This document shows positions 35,081-46,823 of a stretch of DNA of 64,000 bases, piece after piece. The stretch lies in assembly GCA_918797485.1 (NCBI GenBank), contig CAKKNE010000001.1, forward strand, positions 3,038,001-3,102,000, given 5' to 3'. The notes beneath the pieces were generated by a model. It was given only the letters and a program-made list of their open reading frames with translations, did not search any database and was not told where the DNA came from. The DNA comes from Pelagomonas calceolata. Taxonomy: Eukaryota. How positions within the stretch are numbered: position 1 is the stretch's first letter; every line of letters starts with the position of its first letter. A program made the position numbers and the translations under genes.

Positions 35081-38000
35081 TTACAGCGTGGTCGTGTCCG
35101 GCGGCGGCCCGGGCGGCGGCGGGCCCGGGGGCGGCGGCGGCGGCGGCATGGGCGCGCCGGCCGGCCGCGTGGGGACGAGCTCGACGCGCCGCGCGCGCGG
35201 CTTCACGAAGACGTCGGGCTCGTCCGTGGGCTGCGTCGCGAGGTCCGATGACCCGGAGTCCATCTCCTGGAGCCGCCGCAGCGCGGACCGCGCCGCGTCC
35301 CGCTCGTCGGCCGCGGCCGGCGGCGTCGTGTCCGCCGGGGGGAAGAAGGCGCCGTCTTGCGGGGAGGGCGTCTCGTCGGCCGGCGCCTCCTTCGCGTCCT
35401 CGCCGCCCACGAAGAAGTCCGCCTCGCCCCGGTACGCCATGGACAGCCGCGCGGACACGCGCCGCCGCTCCTCCCTCGAGGCCTCGTAGGGCTGCTGCGC
35501 GTCCGGGACCCGCAGCGTCATGCGTCTTCCAGCCAACGACGCGCGCCGCACGGCGCGCACCTCCTCCTCCTTCTCCCTCGCGCGCCGGCCGCAGCATTTC
35601 CGTTTGATGGGCTCGTCCTCGACGTCTTCGTCGCCTCTTAGCATCGCCGCGAGCTCCGCGTCCGCGTCCAAATCGCCCCGATCCCGCAACGCCGGCTGCG
35701 TGTACAGCGCGGCATCAAATCTTTGAGAGACCTCGCTCTGGACGGAATGGTCCCTAAATCTCGATTCATCCAGAGGCAGTTCCCGAGACGGCTTCTCGTA
35801 GGCCTCGCGCGCGAACCGCCCGAAGGCCACGACGATCAGTGGGATGGGCGCGACCATCACGGCGTAGCCCCACAATTTCACGGACGCGAGCCAGAACAAC
35901 ACTACGATGTTGGACACCGTCAGCCCGAACAGCACCCGGTCGACCATGCGATAGTAGAACAGCCCACCGGACTCATACACCGGCATGTGCACGTACAGTA
36001 TCAAATAGCGAAACGCGCACTGCACGAGCACGAAATAGATCAACGCTAAAAAAGAAAGGACCGGCGCGAAGACCCAGAACGTGCAAAAGATCGTGAACGT
36101 CATCATCACCTGCGTGGCAATCCAAGGTCAAGTCGTGTCAGAGTCGCGGCGCCGAGATAGCGAGACTCACCTTCGGGAAGGCCCAGCCGTACAGCATGCC
36201 TGGTAGTTCGGGCGGCTGGACCGTGTAGAACTTGAATCCACGAGAAACGAGGGGCCAGGTCCTCAATAACCATAGTGGTGAGGCCCCACACTGAAACGCT
36301 AACAACTTCGCAAAATAAAAGGACACGCGGGGCGTGCCCTGCCCGACCATCTGGACGAACGCTAGTGGCGACTGCCAGGCCTGCTGTAGATGCTCAAGTA
36401 TGGCCGTGATGAATATGGCCACGTAGACATTCACGAACTGAAATCGGAAAAAACGCTCCACCACTGACAGGTCGACTTCCGAATGCGACTTGAGCCGCTC
36501 GTAGAAGCGCGCGATCGTCTGGAAGATCAACGGTAGTAAATTCAAAATAGACAACAAGAGCAGGATAGGAATTATGGAAGCGAACGCCCGCGCCGTCGCG
36601 CTCTCGGGGTCAAACCCGAACAACTTATCCGCTAGGATTGCGGAAGACGAGCAGAACGTGACAACAGTAGCCCAGAAGATCGTCAAGGCCCCCAGTCCCA
36701 GCTCGATGACCCACTTTCGTCTCGTAACCGCTTCAGTCGGTAAAAAAACGTTCTCCCATATAACATCTCGAGGTTCGGGCGCATCTCGAGCCGTCATCGC
36801 AAACGGTTGGGCGGCCAGCAAGGAATGGATCGCTTCGAGCTTCGCCGTCGGTTTCGTGAAGGTGACGAAGGCGGTACTGCTAGGTCGAAACCCCTCCATC
36901 TGCACACTCGCTTCGTCGATATGTGGACTACAAGGCAATGCGATCCTTAAAAAGGTAATCAATAATGAGTACAACCCATCTTTCAGGGCGTCGAAAGTTG
37001 ACATGTAGGGATAGTCTTTTATATACTCTTTCGACCTTCGACACAGGTCTTTTATTGAGCTTCTGAAGGGTAGCGACGCGATCGTGACGAGCCAATGACC
37101 GGTCGCCGTGCCCCTCCCGACAATTCGTTTCCAGCCCTTCTCTCGTCTTTTTTTGAGGCGTTTGTTCGCCTCTTCTCTGGCGTCTCTCCGACGCATCGCG
37201 TCGCGATCAGATCCCGGCGAATCATGGACCGTAACACTGGTTTCGGACCAGCCCCGCCCGTCCCGCGTCAAAATACAGCTAGGTAATCTCCCTCGCGTCT
37301 GGACCTGCTCCTCATCATCATCTGACGACAACTCGTCGTCCACCCTCCAAAAGCAGCCCCGCCAGGTCTTCCACTTCTTCTCCACTGTTTGAGGAGCAGA
37401 AGGCCTCAACCACCACTCGCGCCGAGGTTCCTGCATGACTTTATTCATTTTCGCGAAGTGTTCTCGGCGGATCGCTAAATCCAGATCCTTGACCAGTCGA
37501 TCGTAGTACGGTACGCTATCCACGTAGTAGTCGTCCGGCAGCACACCACGCAAGCATGAGCAGGAAGGACCGACGTCGCAACATCCTATAGTTAGATGTT
37601 GTACGACTGGCACTCGCGCGTCGCGCCTCTTCCTACAAAACCATCGTCTCTGGGGTCTCGGACTCAGGTCGCCCAATGTTGTACTGGTAGCTTCGGAGTC
37701 CGTCTCCTCGATGGCGTAGGATAGGCGTCTTGTCGCCTCCCGCGAGACGTCTTCTATCGCTTTACCTCGCTCCGTGCTATCTTGGCGCGCCCCGACACTA
37801 CGTCTACGAGCCGCTTCCGAGGGCGACTCCTCGTCGTCAAAGTCCAATCGTTGTACAGGCTCTTGCAATGTCTCCAAATCTTGAAACCAAATCGCGTTCC
37901 GCACGCGCCGCCACGGACTTCTAGGTCTAGGAGGCAAGCGTGACAAGGCGTCTCCCCCATGCCGCTTGACGAGCTTCTTCTCCGCGTCTCTCGCGAGCTT

Positions 38001-38930
38001 GGCGCCCCTTTGCTTCGCATCTTCCCAAGCGGCATGCGCTCTATCTCGCCTCGCCACGAGCTTATTTAGTTCTCTTAAGTCACCGACCATGGGCTGGGCC
38101 GAATGCACCGTGCCCGCGCCACACAAATGTTCAAATTTTCGTCGAAGAGCTTTTCTTGATCTCAATCTAGGAGGTACGCGTTCGACTTTGACCGTCAAAG
38201 CTCTCTGAGCGTCGACCGGGTCCGCATCTCGATGTGAACTAAGGCCAGATGTCAAATACCAGTGCCGCAGGTGCATAAATCTTTGATAGTTCGCCGCTAG
38301 ACCCGACAGCGCTCGTAGCGTGAACAGCCACGCACATAAAACAATAAGTATGAATCGAAAGTCCGAATGCCCGTTCGCACACCCGGGAAACAGGGGCAAG
38401 TTGTCCCGAACTTCTTCGGCCTCGTCGTCGTTGACTGGAAATCTACACTTGATGTTTAATACGGTATTGAGCGAAAAGGACCACCTATCTCCCCTCTCTG
38501 AGTCTTCTAGAGCCGCTAAACCTCTCCCGGTCCTATAGGACGGTACTAAGACCAGAAGCCCAACAATCGTGCAGAAGAAGCATTGGTTCGTGGCAAATCG
38601 CAAAAAGTAAATAATCACGAGCCCATCCACTCCCGAATACCTCAAAAACGTCTCGTCGGGCCAGCTCCGCAGGACGGCCACCAACCATCCTAAAGGATAG
38701 CGAGGGGGCGCGTCTGGCGTCTTCGGGGCTTGATACTTCTTGTGGACCAATCGCGGCTCGTAGACCCACCACATCTTCAAGCGGAGGACGTCGAACAATA
38801 CGAGTAAACAACAAAATAACCCAAAACTCAAATAGAAGGCCACGTACAGCGAGTCGCCGGACCAGGTTTCCGGGGTCGGCGCGAGCGTGGGTTGAGGTGT
38901 AGGCTTGGGCGTCGGCGCGGGCGTCGCCAT
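35081..38930 (-). CDS. OSCA/TMEM63 (CSC1-like) calcium-permeable mechanosensitive channel; exons 38930-36171 and 36109-35081
   Basis: VYEPR, GVDG...YF, AFVTF, APEPRDVIWEN and YESGG motifs with multiple TM helices. Confidence 0.9.
36110..36170 (-). other. Intron (GT-AG, 61 nt), related to family B
   Basis: Restores AFPK-VMMTF. Its 3' end ttgaccttggattgccacgcag resembles ttgaactttgatgtccacgcag. Confidence 0.8.
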
Positions 38931-39378
38931 GGTTTGTTTGCTTTGTTGTTGATGCCACGGCCGACGACGCGTGCGGTTTGCGCCGCCGCCGCGGCGCCGG
39001 AGCCAGGCAGTGGCGAGTGACCCTGGGTCCAAGGCGGTGCCTACGCGGGCAGCGCAGGCGGCGCGACGACGGCACGGACTCGGATGAAGCCCCCGCGTGT
39101 CCGCCAGGTCCTGCACGCGGCAGCACCACGGCTTGGCACAAGTCACAATGCCAATAATTATTTTGGACAAGCAAAAGCTCTCTAGGAACCCGTACCCTGG
39201 GGGCCCGCGCTCGGCGCGGCGTAGAAGTCGTGGGGACGCCTCGCCGAGGCGAGGAGCGATATGGCGCGCGCCACCATCGTTCGGGTATTGCTGAGGCTGC
39301 GCATCGCATCGCGCGGCTGCCCATATTGATCAGAATTGCAGCGGCAGCAGCAGCAGCGGGACCGCATCGATCGATGCC

Positions 39379-40917
39379 ATGACCCGCCGAGCCGTCTGGG
39401 GCTGCCTCCTGGCGGCCAGCGTCCATGCCCGGCCCGACTGCCTCGTGGAGCTGGGCGGCGTCGCGGGCTACGTCTCGACGCAGGTCGACGTCCTCTCGCC
39501 GGAGCATGGAAAGCGCTACACGGAGGGCGAAGCCATTCCCCTGGGGCTGGAGGTGCAGGCCTGGCCCGTGGACATCGCGGCGCGGCGCGACGTGCGGCTC
39601 TGCGTCGTCCTCGACGAGCTGGAGCCGGCGTGCATTCCCGTCCTCGACCAGTCATTGCCGACGTTACAGGATTTGGGAGTGGGCGAGCACTTTGTCGAAG
39701 CGTATCTAGCTCTCGACAATAAAACGAGATTAGACTGCAACCTCGCGGAGCACGACTCCGTCATTTTTACAGTGGAACCCCCGAGGAACGCGACCACTAT
39801 TCTGTTAAGTGAGCTCCCCGACAAGAGCCACGTCGACGGGTTGCTGGTGAAGGTCCACGTTTTTCAAGTAGCGGTTGTGGAAGACCTGCGGACCTGGGTG
39901 AAGCTCGTGGACGAGCATGGTATTGTGAGAGATAAGCAACCGTGCCGGGCCTACGTGACGGCCATGCGGCGGGCCTGCGGCGATTTGCGGGCGCCGGCAC
40001 CGGGCATTTATACCGTGGAAGCCGACGGGGCGTCTTCGATAGAGGTGCACGTCCGCGGTGACACGGGAGGCGATGTAACGATAGTCTCGGCGGCCGACGC
40101 GAAGTACTTTGAGCGGTTATCGAACTTTATCGGAAGTGTCCACTTCTGGGAGCCGTTTCTTCATATTGATATTTATGACCTCGGGTTATCGTCTGACCAA
40201 CTTACACATGTACAAGAGTGGGACCGCACATCATTATTCAAGACGTCGTATACGGATATACCGCTGGTGGGCTGGAAATTCTCAGTAGTCTTGGACGCGT
40301 TGACACGTCATACAAAAGTGCTCTGGATGGACGCGAACGCCGAATTGCGACGGCCACTCACGGCGATCCGCCATTCACTAGACGAGACGGGCTACTTTTT
40401 AACTGTAGCGGGCCACCGCTTCCCCACGCCGAAGACCGTGCGACCGGCTACATTGCAACATTTCGGTTGTCGAGCGGCCTTCGCCTCGATGCCCGAGTGC
40501 ACGTCGGCCTATTTGGGGGTTGTCCGCGGTTCAGAGTTGCATGCCCTCCTCCCTTCCTTAGACAAGTGCGCATCTTCCAGAGCTTGTCTGTACCCTAAGG
40601 ATGCCGTGGGCAACACGAACCAACGGCGGGACCAGAGCGTGCTGAACGCCGCGCTCTGTCATTCCACGATAAAATGTGACGCGGACCGCAAGTTCTGGAT
40701 GTGGGCGGGCCAGAAGGTCTTTACTCCTACCGAAGATCCATCTTCCTGGAACTCGTTGGTGCTCTTTTCGAGGCGGGGCCACGGCGCGCCCTATTCACCG
40801 AGGGACGTCGCGGCGTGGAACGCCAAGCGGCGCGCGGCCGCCGCGAGCGCGGTCCCTTCTGTTCCCCAGAGTGCGGAGCGGCGCTTACCGGGTGGGTGGC
40901 ACCTGGGGGACCTGTGA
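39379..40917 (+). CDS. Secreted protein with a C-terminal DUF1647/glycosyltransferase-like domain
   Basis: Signal peptide; IVSAAD, YDLGLS, WK..V, VLWMDA and RDQSVL motifs. Confidence 0.7.
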   Translation: MTRRAVWGCLLAASVHARPDCLVELGGVAGYVSTQVDVLSPEHGKRYTEGEAIPLGLEVQAWPVDIAARRDVRLCVVLDELEPACIPVLDQSLPTLQDLGVGEHFVEAYLALDNKTRLDCNLAEHDSVIFTVEPPRNATTILLSELPDKSHVDGLLVKVHVFQVAVVEDLRTWVKLVDEHGIVRDKQPCRAYVTAMRRACGDLRAPAPGIYTVEADGASSIEVHVRGDTGGDVTIVSAADAKYFERLSNFIGSVHFWEPFLHIDIYDLGLSSDQLTHVQEWDRTSLFKTSYTDIPLVGWKFSVVLDALTRHTKVLWMDANAELRRPLTAIRHSLDETGYFLTVAGHRFPTPKTVRPATLQHFGCRAAFASMPECTSAYLGVVRGSELHALLPSLDKCASSRACLYPKDAVGNTNQRRDQSVLNAALCHSTIKCDADRKFWMWAGQKVFTPTEDPSSWNSLVLFSRRGHGAPYSPRDVAAWNAKRRAAAASAVPSVPQSAERRLPGGWHLGDL

Positions 40918-41228
40918 AGTATAGTTATTGTGCTTTTTTTGCGGTGCTAGTATGTTGATACGCTAGTTAATCGCACGGGACTTTCCCTCACGAAGGCCGC
41001 GAAGTTGGCCGCGCGCGCGGCTCTGAGCCAGCGCGACGGCTCACGAAGAGCTCGCAGCGCCGCCGGCCTCCTCAGTCCGTGGCCTGGCCCAAATACTCGC
41101 GCGGCGTCAAACAGCGGCGCTGAAGCAAAAGCACGTTAATAGCCGCTAGCTCAGCCGCGCGCGGCGCTTCGGTCCTGCGGGGCGGCTTCTGCGACTTCCG
41201 AGACGCCTGGGACGGCGACGGTGGCACT

Positions 41229-44200
41229 ATGCCGCCGCGCCGCAAGAAGTTCCAGGTCCCGCGCAAGACGACGTCGTCCGAGGCGCCGCCGCGCCGCGTC
41301 GTCACGCCGCCCGCGCCACCACCGGGCCGGCCGCGGTCGGCGGGGGCGCAAGCGCCAACACCAAACCGCGCCGCCTCGCGCCCGCTCACGGCGGAGCAGC
41401 AGGCCGCCGTCGACGCGCCATTAACCGAACCGCTCGCGATCGTCGCCGGCGCGGGCTCCGGCAAGACCGAAACGTTGACGCGACGGGTCGCGCGGGCCGT
41501 CGCCGAGGGGGCCCGGCCGGCTTCGGTACTGGTGCTCACCTTCTCGAACAAGGCCGCGCGCGAATTATTAGAAAGACTGCGCGGGTTGAATTGTGGCGGC
41601 GTCGAGGTGCGGACGTTCCACGGCTTCTCGCTGCGATTGTTGCGACGATTTGGGGATGAGGCCAATTTAGGGAGAGATTTCGTCATCCTGGGCGACAGCC
41701 AACAGAAAGCTCTCGTGAAGAAGTGCTGCCAGGAAATTACGCGCGACGAGGACGAGAACGATGTGAGGAGGGCGTGGGCGCTGATCAAGCGGGCGCGGTC
41801 GCGAGGCGTCTCGTCAAACGATCTCGATGGTAGTGTCGGCGCGATCTTCCGCTTGTATCGTTTGAAGTTAAGAGCCATGCGCGCCGTCGACTTCGACGAC
41901 GTCGTCGATGCGGCGGCGTTTGCGTGCTCGCAGCAAGGTAGATGCGGCGCCTTCGTGCGGTCGCGTTATACTCAAGGTTTTGTCGACGAGTGGCAAGATA
42001 CATCGAGGAACCAACTCGCGTTACTGGCGTCGATTTTTGCTGGGGATAGAGCTCCCTTGACAGTGGTCGGTGACGACGACCAAGCCATCTATGGTTGGAG
42101 GGATGCATTACCGGCGGCCTTCGACGCGTTCCGGCGGGTGTTTGAAGGTGCATCCGTGCTACCGCTCACGAGAAACTACCGGAGCGGCGGCCACGTCGTC
42201 GCCGCGGCGCGCGCCGTCGTCCGCAAGGTCGCTGGGAGGGTCGACAAGGACCTCTGGACGGCGCGGAGCGACGGCGAGCCCGTGGCTGTCTTGAGAGTCG
42301 AGGGCGGCCCCCAGGCCGAGGCTCGCGTCGTCGCGCGGCGCATCCAGCGGTTGCTATCAAAGTGTCGACCGAAGGATGTAGCGGTGCTGTGTCGGAGCGC
42401 GTCTCCCGCATTACGACTGGTCGAGAAGCGGCTTACTGAACTACACATCAAGTGTAGGGTGGTGGGCGGGCAGCGCTTCTTCGAGCGGCCGGTCGTGCAC
42501 GCGGCGCTGAGTTATTTGAGGTTGGCGCGGAATGAATTGGATGACGCCGCGGCCGAGACCGTTTTATTACAGAGACCCGGCCTCGGGCCGAAGACGCTCG
42601 ATAGGATACGGTCGGACTTGCCGTTGCTTGGGGCGTGTAGAGCGGCCCTCGAAAGTTCACTGAATGAAAAGACGCGGACGGCGATCAACGACGTGCTCTC
42701 GGCCTTAGATCGCATCCACGACACGCTGCACACGTCGCCGCGGCCCCTTCGAAGCGCATTGAAGCTCCTCGATCCGCTTATCATCCCTCCGGCCCAGGAA
42801 CCGGGCGACGAGGGCGTGGATGGTGAGAAGGCCAAGAAGCGGCGCGGCGAGCGCGCCGTCGCGGTAGATTTACTAGAACAACTACGACGCCTCGCGGCGC
42901 AGAAGGAGGACGAGTCGACCGAAAATGAAGGCCCATCGTTACTACGCGAGTTCCTCGACACTTGTGCCTTGGACGCGGGTGATGGTGATGATGATAGTGA
43001 CGAGGTGTCGCTGACGACGATCCACCGGGCCAAGGGTCTCGAGTGGCCCCACGTCCTGCTCGTGCGGGCGAACGACGGCGTGCTGCCGGCGTCGGCGCGC
43101 GCGAGCGACGCCGCGGACGGCTGCGACGCCAAGGCCGCGCGGGCGCTGGCGCCGCGCGACGACGCGAAGCGGCTCGAGGAGGAAAGGAGGTTGTTTCACG
43201 TCGCGATCACGCGCGCGCGCGAGTCGTTTGTGGTCACGCACGCGACGCGGGAATTGGAGGGCGACGGCGAGGCGCGGCCGTCGCCGTTCTTAAAGGACCT
43301 GCCGGCGGCGTGCGTGCGCCGCGAGACCGTTTCTTCTGAAACGGCGTCGCCGCCGCCGCCGCCGCGACGCCCCGGGCCGCCGTTGAAAGGGCCGCCCGTG
43401 CCGTCCTTCCAGACGGCCGCCTCCATCACGGCCGCCGCGCCGGCCCCGGCGCCGCCGCCGCCGCCGCCTCCCGAACCGACGCCGCCGCCGCGCGTCCGGT
43501 GCCGCGTGCACCGCGTGGCCTGCGTCCGCCGCGAGGACGGCTCGCACGTGTGCGCGCTGCCGGCCGAGCTCGCCTGCGGCTTTGTGCTCGGTCCTGGGGA
43601 GACGGCGCCCGACCCGGTGCTTTATCCGGCGTCCTTGTCTTCGCGTGGGTATCGAAGCCATCACCATTGTCACACGCAGGCGCGGGGCCGCATCACGACC
43701 TTCTTCCAGCCGCGCGTGCCCCCGGCCACGCCATCTGCGCCTCCGCCGCGACAGTCGCTGCTGTCGCCGGCCACGACGACGTCGCGCGGGTCCGCCTCGG
43801 CGTTCCTGCCGCCGGCCCCGTCGCCGGCCGCGGCGTTCCCGGAGGCCGCGGCGTCGCCGTTGCCGGCGCCCGAGCCGCCGTCGACACAGGACTTCGTCGA
43901 CTGCCTCGACGACTTCGAGGCGCGGCAAAGCGCCGCCGACGCCGCGTCGGACGACGACGGGGACCTGACGCAGCCCTACGTGCCGCCGAGCTCCGCCGCG
44001 TTCGAGTTGCGCCCCGCGCCGGCCGGGCATCTCTGCCCCCACGGGAACGGGCCCGGCTGCGCCGGGTGCGCGGCGCGGCAGCGGGGCGACGCCGTCGTGG
44101 CCGCCCCGGCGCCGCGCCGGCGGTCCTTCGCCTGCCGCGACGTGAACGATCGCGACGTGAACGCGGCGCCGCCGCCCGTCGTGGCCAAGGCCGCGCCGCC

Positions 44201-45311
44201 CGCGCCCGCGCTGCCGCCTCGGCCAGCCGAGCCGCCGGCACCAGCCGAGCCGGTCGCGCCGCCCGCGCCGTCTCCTGCGCCGCCACTACCCGTCGAACCG
44301 CCTCGGCCACTCGAGTCGCCGCCACAGGCGGAGCCCGCCGAGCCGCCCGCGCCTGCGCGAGTCGAGCGGCCGGCACAGGCCGAGTCGCCCGCACCAGCTG
44401 GCGCCGCGGCGCCAGTCGAGCCACCCGCCGACGACGCCTGGGCCCCGCACCGGAAGGCCGCGCGGGAGGGCGGCTTCTACGAGGTCTGTCCGGACTTCGA
44501 CGCGCAGCTCCAGTTCGCCCTCGACAACGCCCAGGAGGGCGACCTCGACGGCATGGAGGCCGCGGCCGCCGCGACCACGGACGCGCGCGAGCGGGCCGTC
44601 TACGCCTACATCGTCGCCGCCGTGCGCGCGCTGGCCGTACCCGCGGAGCCGGCCGCGCCAGCCGCGCCGCCGCTACCCATCGATCCACCGGCGGAGCCCG
44701 CCGAGCCGCCGGCACCGCTCGCCGCTCCCGCCGAGGAAGCGCCGGCGCCCGTGCCGCCGTCGCCGCCGCCCGAGTGCGCCATCTGCCTCGGGGAGATCGA
44801 CGACGGGGCCCAGGTCCTCCGGTGCGGCCACACGTTCCACTCCGAGTGCATCGGCGAGCTGGCGGACCATGCGCCTATGGCGGCGCCGACGCGGCGGTCG
44901 CTCCAGGTGTCCTGCCCGCTCTGTCGAAACGTGGCGCGCGAACCGGCGCCCGCCCCAAAAGAAGACGACGAGGCCGACCTCATCTGCCGGCCGCGGAAGG
45001 TGCCGAAGAAGCGGCGGCGCCGCGCGCCCAAGCCGCCGCCCGAGCCGCCGGGCGCGAAAAAGAAGCGCGCCCACGAGAAGATCGCGCCCTACCGGAACGA
45101 CTTCTGGGCGCACCTCAACGGTGCCATCGAGAAGAAGAAGAGTCAAAAGCCGCGGAAGAAGAAGAAACCGGACCTCGTCCCGGGCCAGACCTTCCTCAAC
45201 TTCGCGCCGCGGCCACCGCCGCCGCCGGGCCCGCCGCCGCCCGAGGACTCGCCGCCGCCGCCGCCGCCGCCGGAGGTAATCGACGTCGACGCGGACCTGA
45301 CGCAAGACTGA
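41229..45311 (+). CDS. UvrD/Rep/Srs2-like SF1A DNA helicase with a Pro-rich tail and RING-H2 finger
   Basis: AGAGSGKT, LTFSNKAA, VDEWQD, VGDDDQAIYGWR, NYRS, TIHRAKGLEW and EEERRLFHVAITRAR; CAIC..CGHTFHSEC..CPLC. Confidence 0.92.
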   Translation: MPPRRKKFQVPRKTTSSEAPPRRVVTPPAPPPGRPRSAGAQAPTPNRAASRPLTAEQQAAVDAPLTEPLAIVAGAGSGKTETLTRRVARAVAEGARPASVLVLTFSNKAARELLERLRGLNCGGVEVRTFHGFSLRLLRRFGDEANLGRDFVILGDSQQKALVKKCCQEITRDEDENDVRRAWALIKRARSRGVSSNDLDGSVGAIFRLYRLKLRAMRAVDFDDVVDAAAFACSQQGRCGAFVRSRYTQGFVDEWQDTSRNQLALLASIFAGDRAPLTVVGDDDQAIYGWRDALPAAFDAFRRVFEGASVLPLTRNYRSGGHVVAAARAVVRKVAGRVDKDLWTARSDGEPVAVLRVEGGPQAEARVVARRIQRLLSKCRPKDVAVLCRSASPALRLVEKRLTELHIKCRVVGGQRFFERPVVHAALSYLRLARNELDDAAAETVLLQRPGLGPKTLDRIRSDLPLLGACRAALESSLNEKTRTAINDVLSALDRIHDTLHTSPRPLRSALKLLDPLIIPPAQEPGDEGVDGEKAKKRRGERAVAVDLLEQLRRLAAQKEDESTENEGPSLLREFLDTCALDAGDGDDDSDEVSLTTIHRAKGLEWPHVLLVRANDGVLPASARASDAADGCDAKAARALAPRDDAKRLEEERRLFHVAITRARESFVVTHATRELEGDGEARPSPFLKDLPAACVRRETVSSETASPPPPPRRPGPPLKGPPVPSFQTAASITAAAPAPAPPPPPPPEPTPPPRVRCRVHRVACVRREDGSHVCALPAELACGFVLGPGETAPDPVLYPASLSSRGYRSHHHCHTQARGRITTFFQPRVPPATPSAPPPRQSLLSPATTTSRGSASAFLPPAPSPAAAFPEAAASPLPAPEPPSTQDFVDCLDDFEARQSAADAASDDDGDLTQPYVPPSSAAFELRPAPAGHLCPHGNGPGCAGCAARQRGDAVVAAPAPRRRSFACRDVNDRDVNAAPPPVVAKAAPPAPALPPRPAEPPAPAEPVAPPAPSPAPPLPVEPPRPLESPPQAEPAEPPAPARVERPAQAESPAPAGAAAPVEPPADDAWAPHRKAAREGGFYEVCPDFDAQLQFALDNAQEGDLDGMEAAAAATTDARERAVYAYIVAAVRALAVPAEPAAPAAPPLPIDPPAEPAEPPAPLAAPAEEAPAPVPPSPPPECAICLGEIDDGAQVLRCGHTFHSECIGELADHAPMAAPTRRSLQVSCPLCRNVAREPAPAPKEDDEADLICRPRKVPKKRRRRAPKPPPEPPGAKKKRAHEKIAPYRNDFWAHLNGAIEKKKSQKPRKKKKPDLVPGQTFLNFAPRPPPPPGPPPPEDSPPPPPPPEVIDVDADLTQD

Positions 45312-45356
45312 AGAACTAAGAATTATGACTGTACAACTTTATTCACAACAACAAGA

Positions 45357-46643
45357 CTAGTTCTCGACGCCCAGGACGACGGCGAGCGACAGCCAGACGC
45401 CCGCGTTGACGACCCAGATGGCCACGACGCCGGCCCACTGGAGCACGTCGATCGATTCCGAAAGCGTATGGATCCGCCGGTAAAATAGCGGCGAGCAGTA
45501 GCCGTCCAGGAAACGCACGATCCACGTCGCGAAGACGACCACCAATGCCGCGATAGGGTTCCGCGGTCTGCCCACCACACCACAAATCAAGGACGCGAGC
45601 GCCACCGCTAGGCAGCCCGCGGTCACGACGGCGTCGGACTTCGCCACGTTGATCGGCGCGTCGCGCCGCATCGCGAAGAGCGCGCCCACGAAGCACGTGA
45701 TCAGCGAGCCGCTGACAGCGACTGCCAAATACGCCGCGCCGTCCTTGGACGCCTCCGGCGCGGTCAGCGACGCCGCGTAGGGCAGGAACGACCGCAGTAA
45801 CACCCAGGAGGCCAGCTGGTAATATGCTCCCGAGTACGCAAGGCGTCGACATTCCTGCGTGCGCGCTTCCCGGTCCTCGTCGGGCACCCGTCGTGACAAG
45901 GGCGGCATCTTGAGCGAGAGGAGCCGCGTCTCGGCCCAGGTCGCGTCTTCTTCTTCCTCCTCGGACAGCGCGACGTCGTCCGGGGCCGCGGGCGCGCCGA
46001 ATCCGCCGCCACGTTGCGGCGAGAGCTCGCAGCCCTTGGGCGACTCGGTCTCGCCCGGCGCGGCCTTGGCCACGCGGCCGATGGCGTGGAAGGCCGCGAC
46101 CGGCAGGACCAGGAGCCCCGCGAGGCAGAGGAAGAACGGCGTCGGGCCGAACTCCCGCCGCACGCTGTCGACGCGCTGCAGCAGCGCGAGGAAGGCCGGG
46201 AGCAAAGCGCCCGCGTTGCCGCCGGCCATGAGCTCGACGATGCGCGTGGCGCGCCCGGTCTCCGCCGCCCAGGGGTTCAGGGCGAGCTGCTGGAAGTTGC
46301 CCACGAGCGACGTGGCGAAGACGCACAGATAGAGCGCGACCGACGCGCCGCCGACGCTCTGATGCCAAAAAAAGGCCAATATAAGTGCGGTGGCGAGCTG
46401 CGCGTAGACGGCGCCGCCGACCCAGGTGCGCAGCGACCACTGCACTCGGCGCTGGACGACGGCGTGACCCGGCACGACGACCGTGTTGGCAACGGCGGAC
46501 ACGGCGGTCAAGTACGTGGCGAGCGCCAAGCCTTCCGGTTGCGTGCGGTCGAACAGTGCCACCTCCGCGAAGATTCCATCGAGTAGGAGCCAGGACGGGC
46601 CTAGGCCCAGGGCGGCGTAGCTGAGGGAGCGGCGGTCGAGCAT
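45357..46643 (-). CDS. Multi-pass membrane transporter, riboflavin transporter (SLC52)-like
   Basis: N-terminal GPSWLLLDGIFAEV....QPEG..LATYL resembles the SLC52 signature; about 10-11 TM helices. Confidence 0.65.
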   Translation of the reverse strand: MLDRRSLSYAALGLGPSWLLLDGIFAEVALFDRTQPEGLALATYLTAVSAVANTVVVPGHAVVQRRVQWSLRTWVGGAVYAQLATALILAFFWHQSVGGASVALYLCVFATSLVGNFQQLALNPWAAETGRATRIVELMAGGNAGALLPAFLALLQRVDSVRREFGPTPFFLCLAGLLVLPVAAFHAIGRVAKAAPGETESPKGCELSPQRGGGFGAPAAPDDVALSEEEEEDATWAETRLLSLKMPPLSRRVPDEDREARTQECRRLAYSGAYYQLASWVLLRSFLPYAASLTAPEASKDGAAYLAVAVSGSLITCFVGALFAMRRDAPINVAKSDAVVTAGCLAVALASLICGVVGRPRNPIAALVVVFATWIVRFLDGYCSPLFYRRIHTLSESIDVLQWAGVVAIWVVNAGVWLSLAVVLGVEN

Positions 46644-46823
46644 CGCTGCAGCAGCGACGTGCGCCAGCAAGTGACAGCGGTTGCTGACCTCCACGCAGTG
46701 TGGGCTCGAATGCAGGCAGTGTTTGCGCCGCTGCGCCTTACAACCGAGCTAGCGGCATGTAAGACACTAGCAATTACAAAACTGGCTGCCAACTGGCAAG
46801 CCTGGCTGCCCGCTGCTCGCAAA

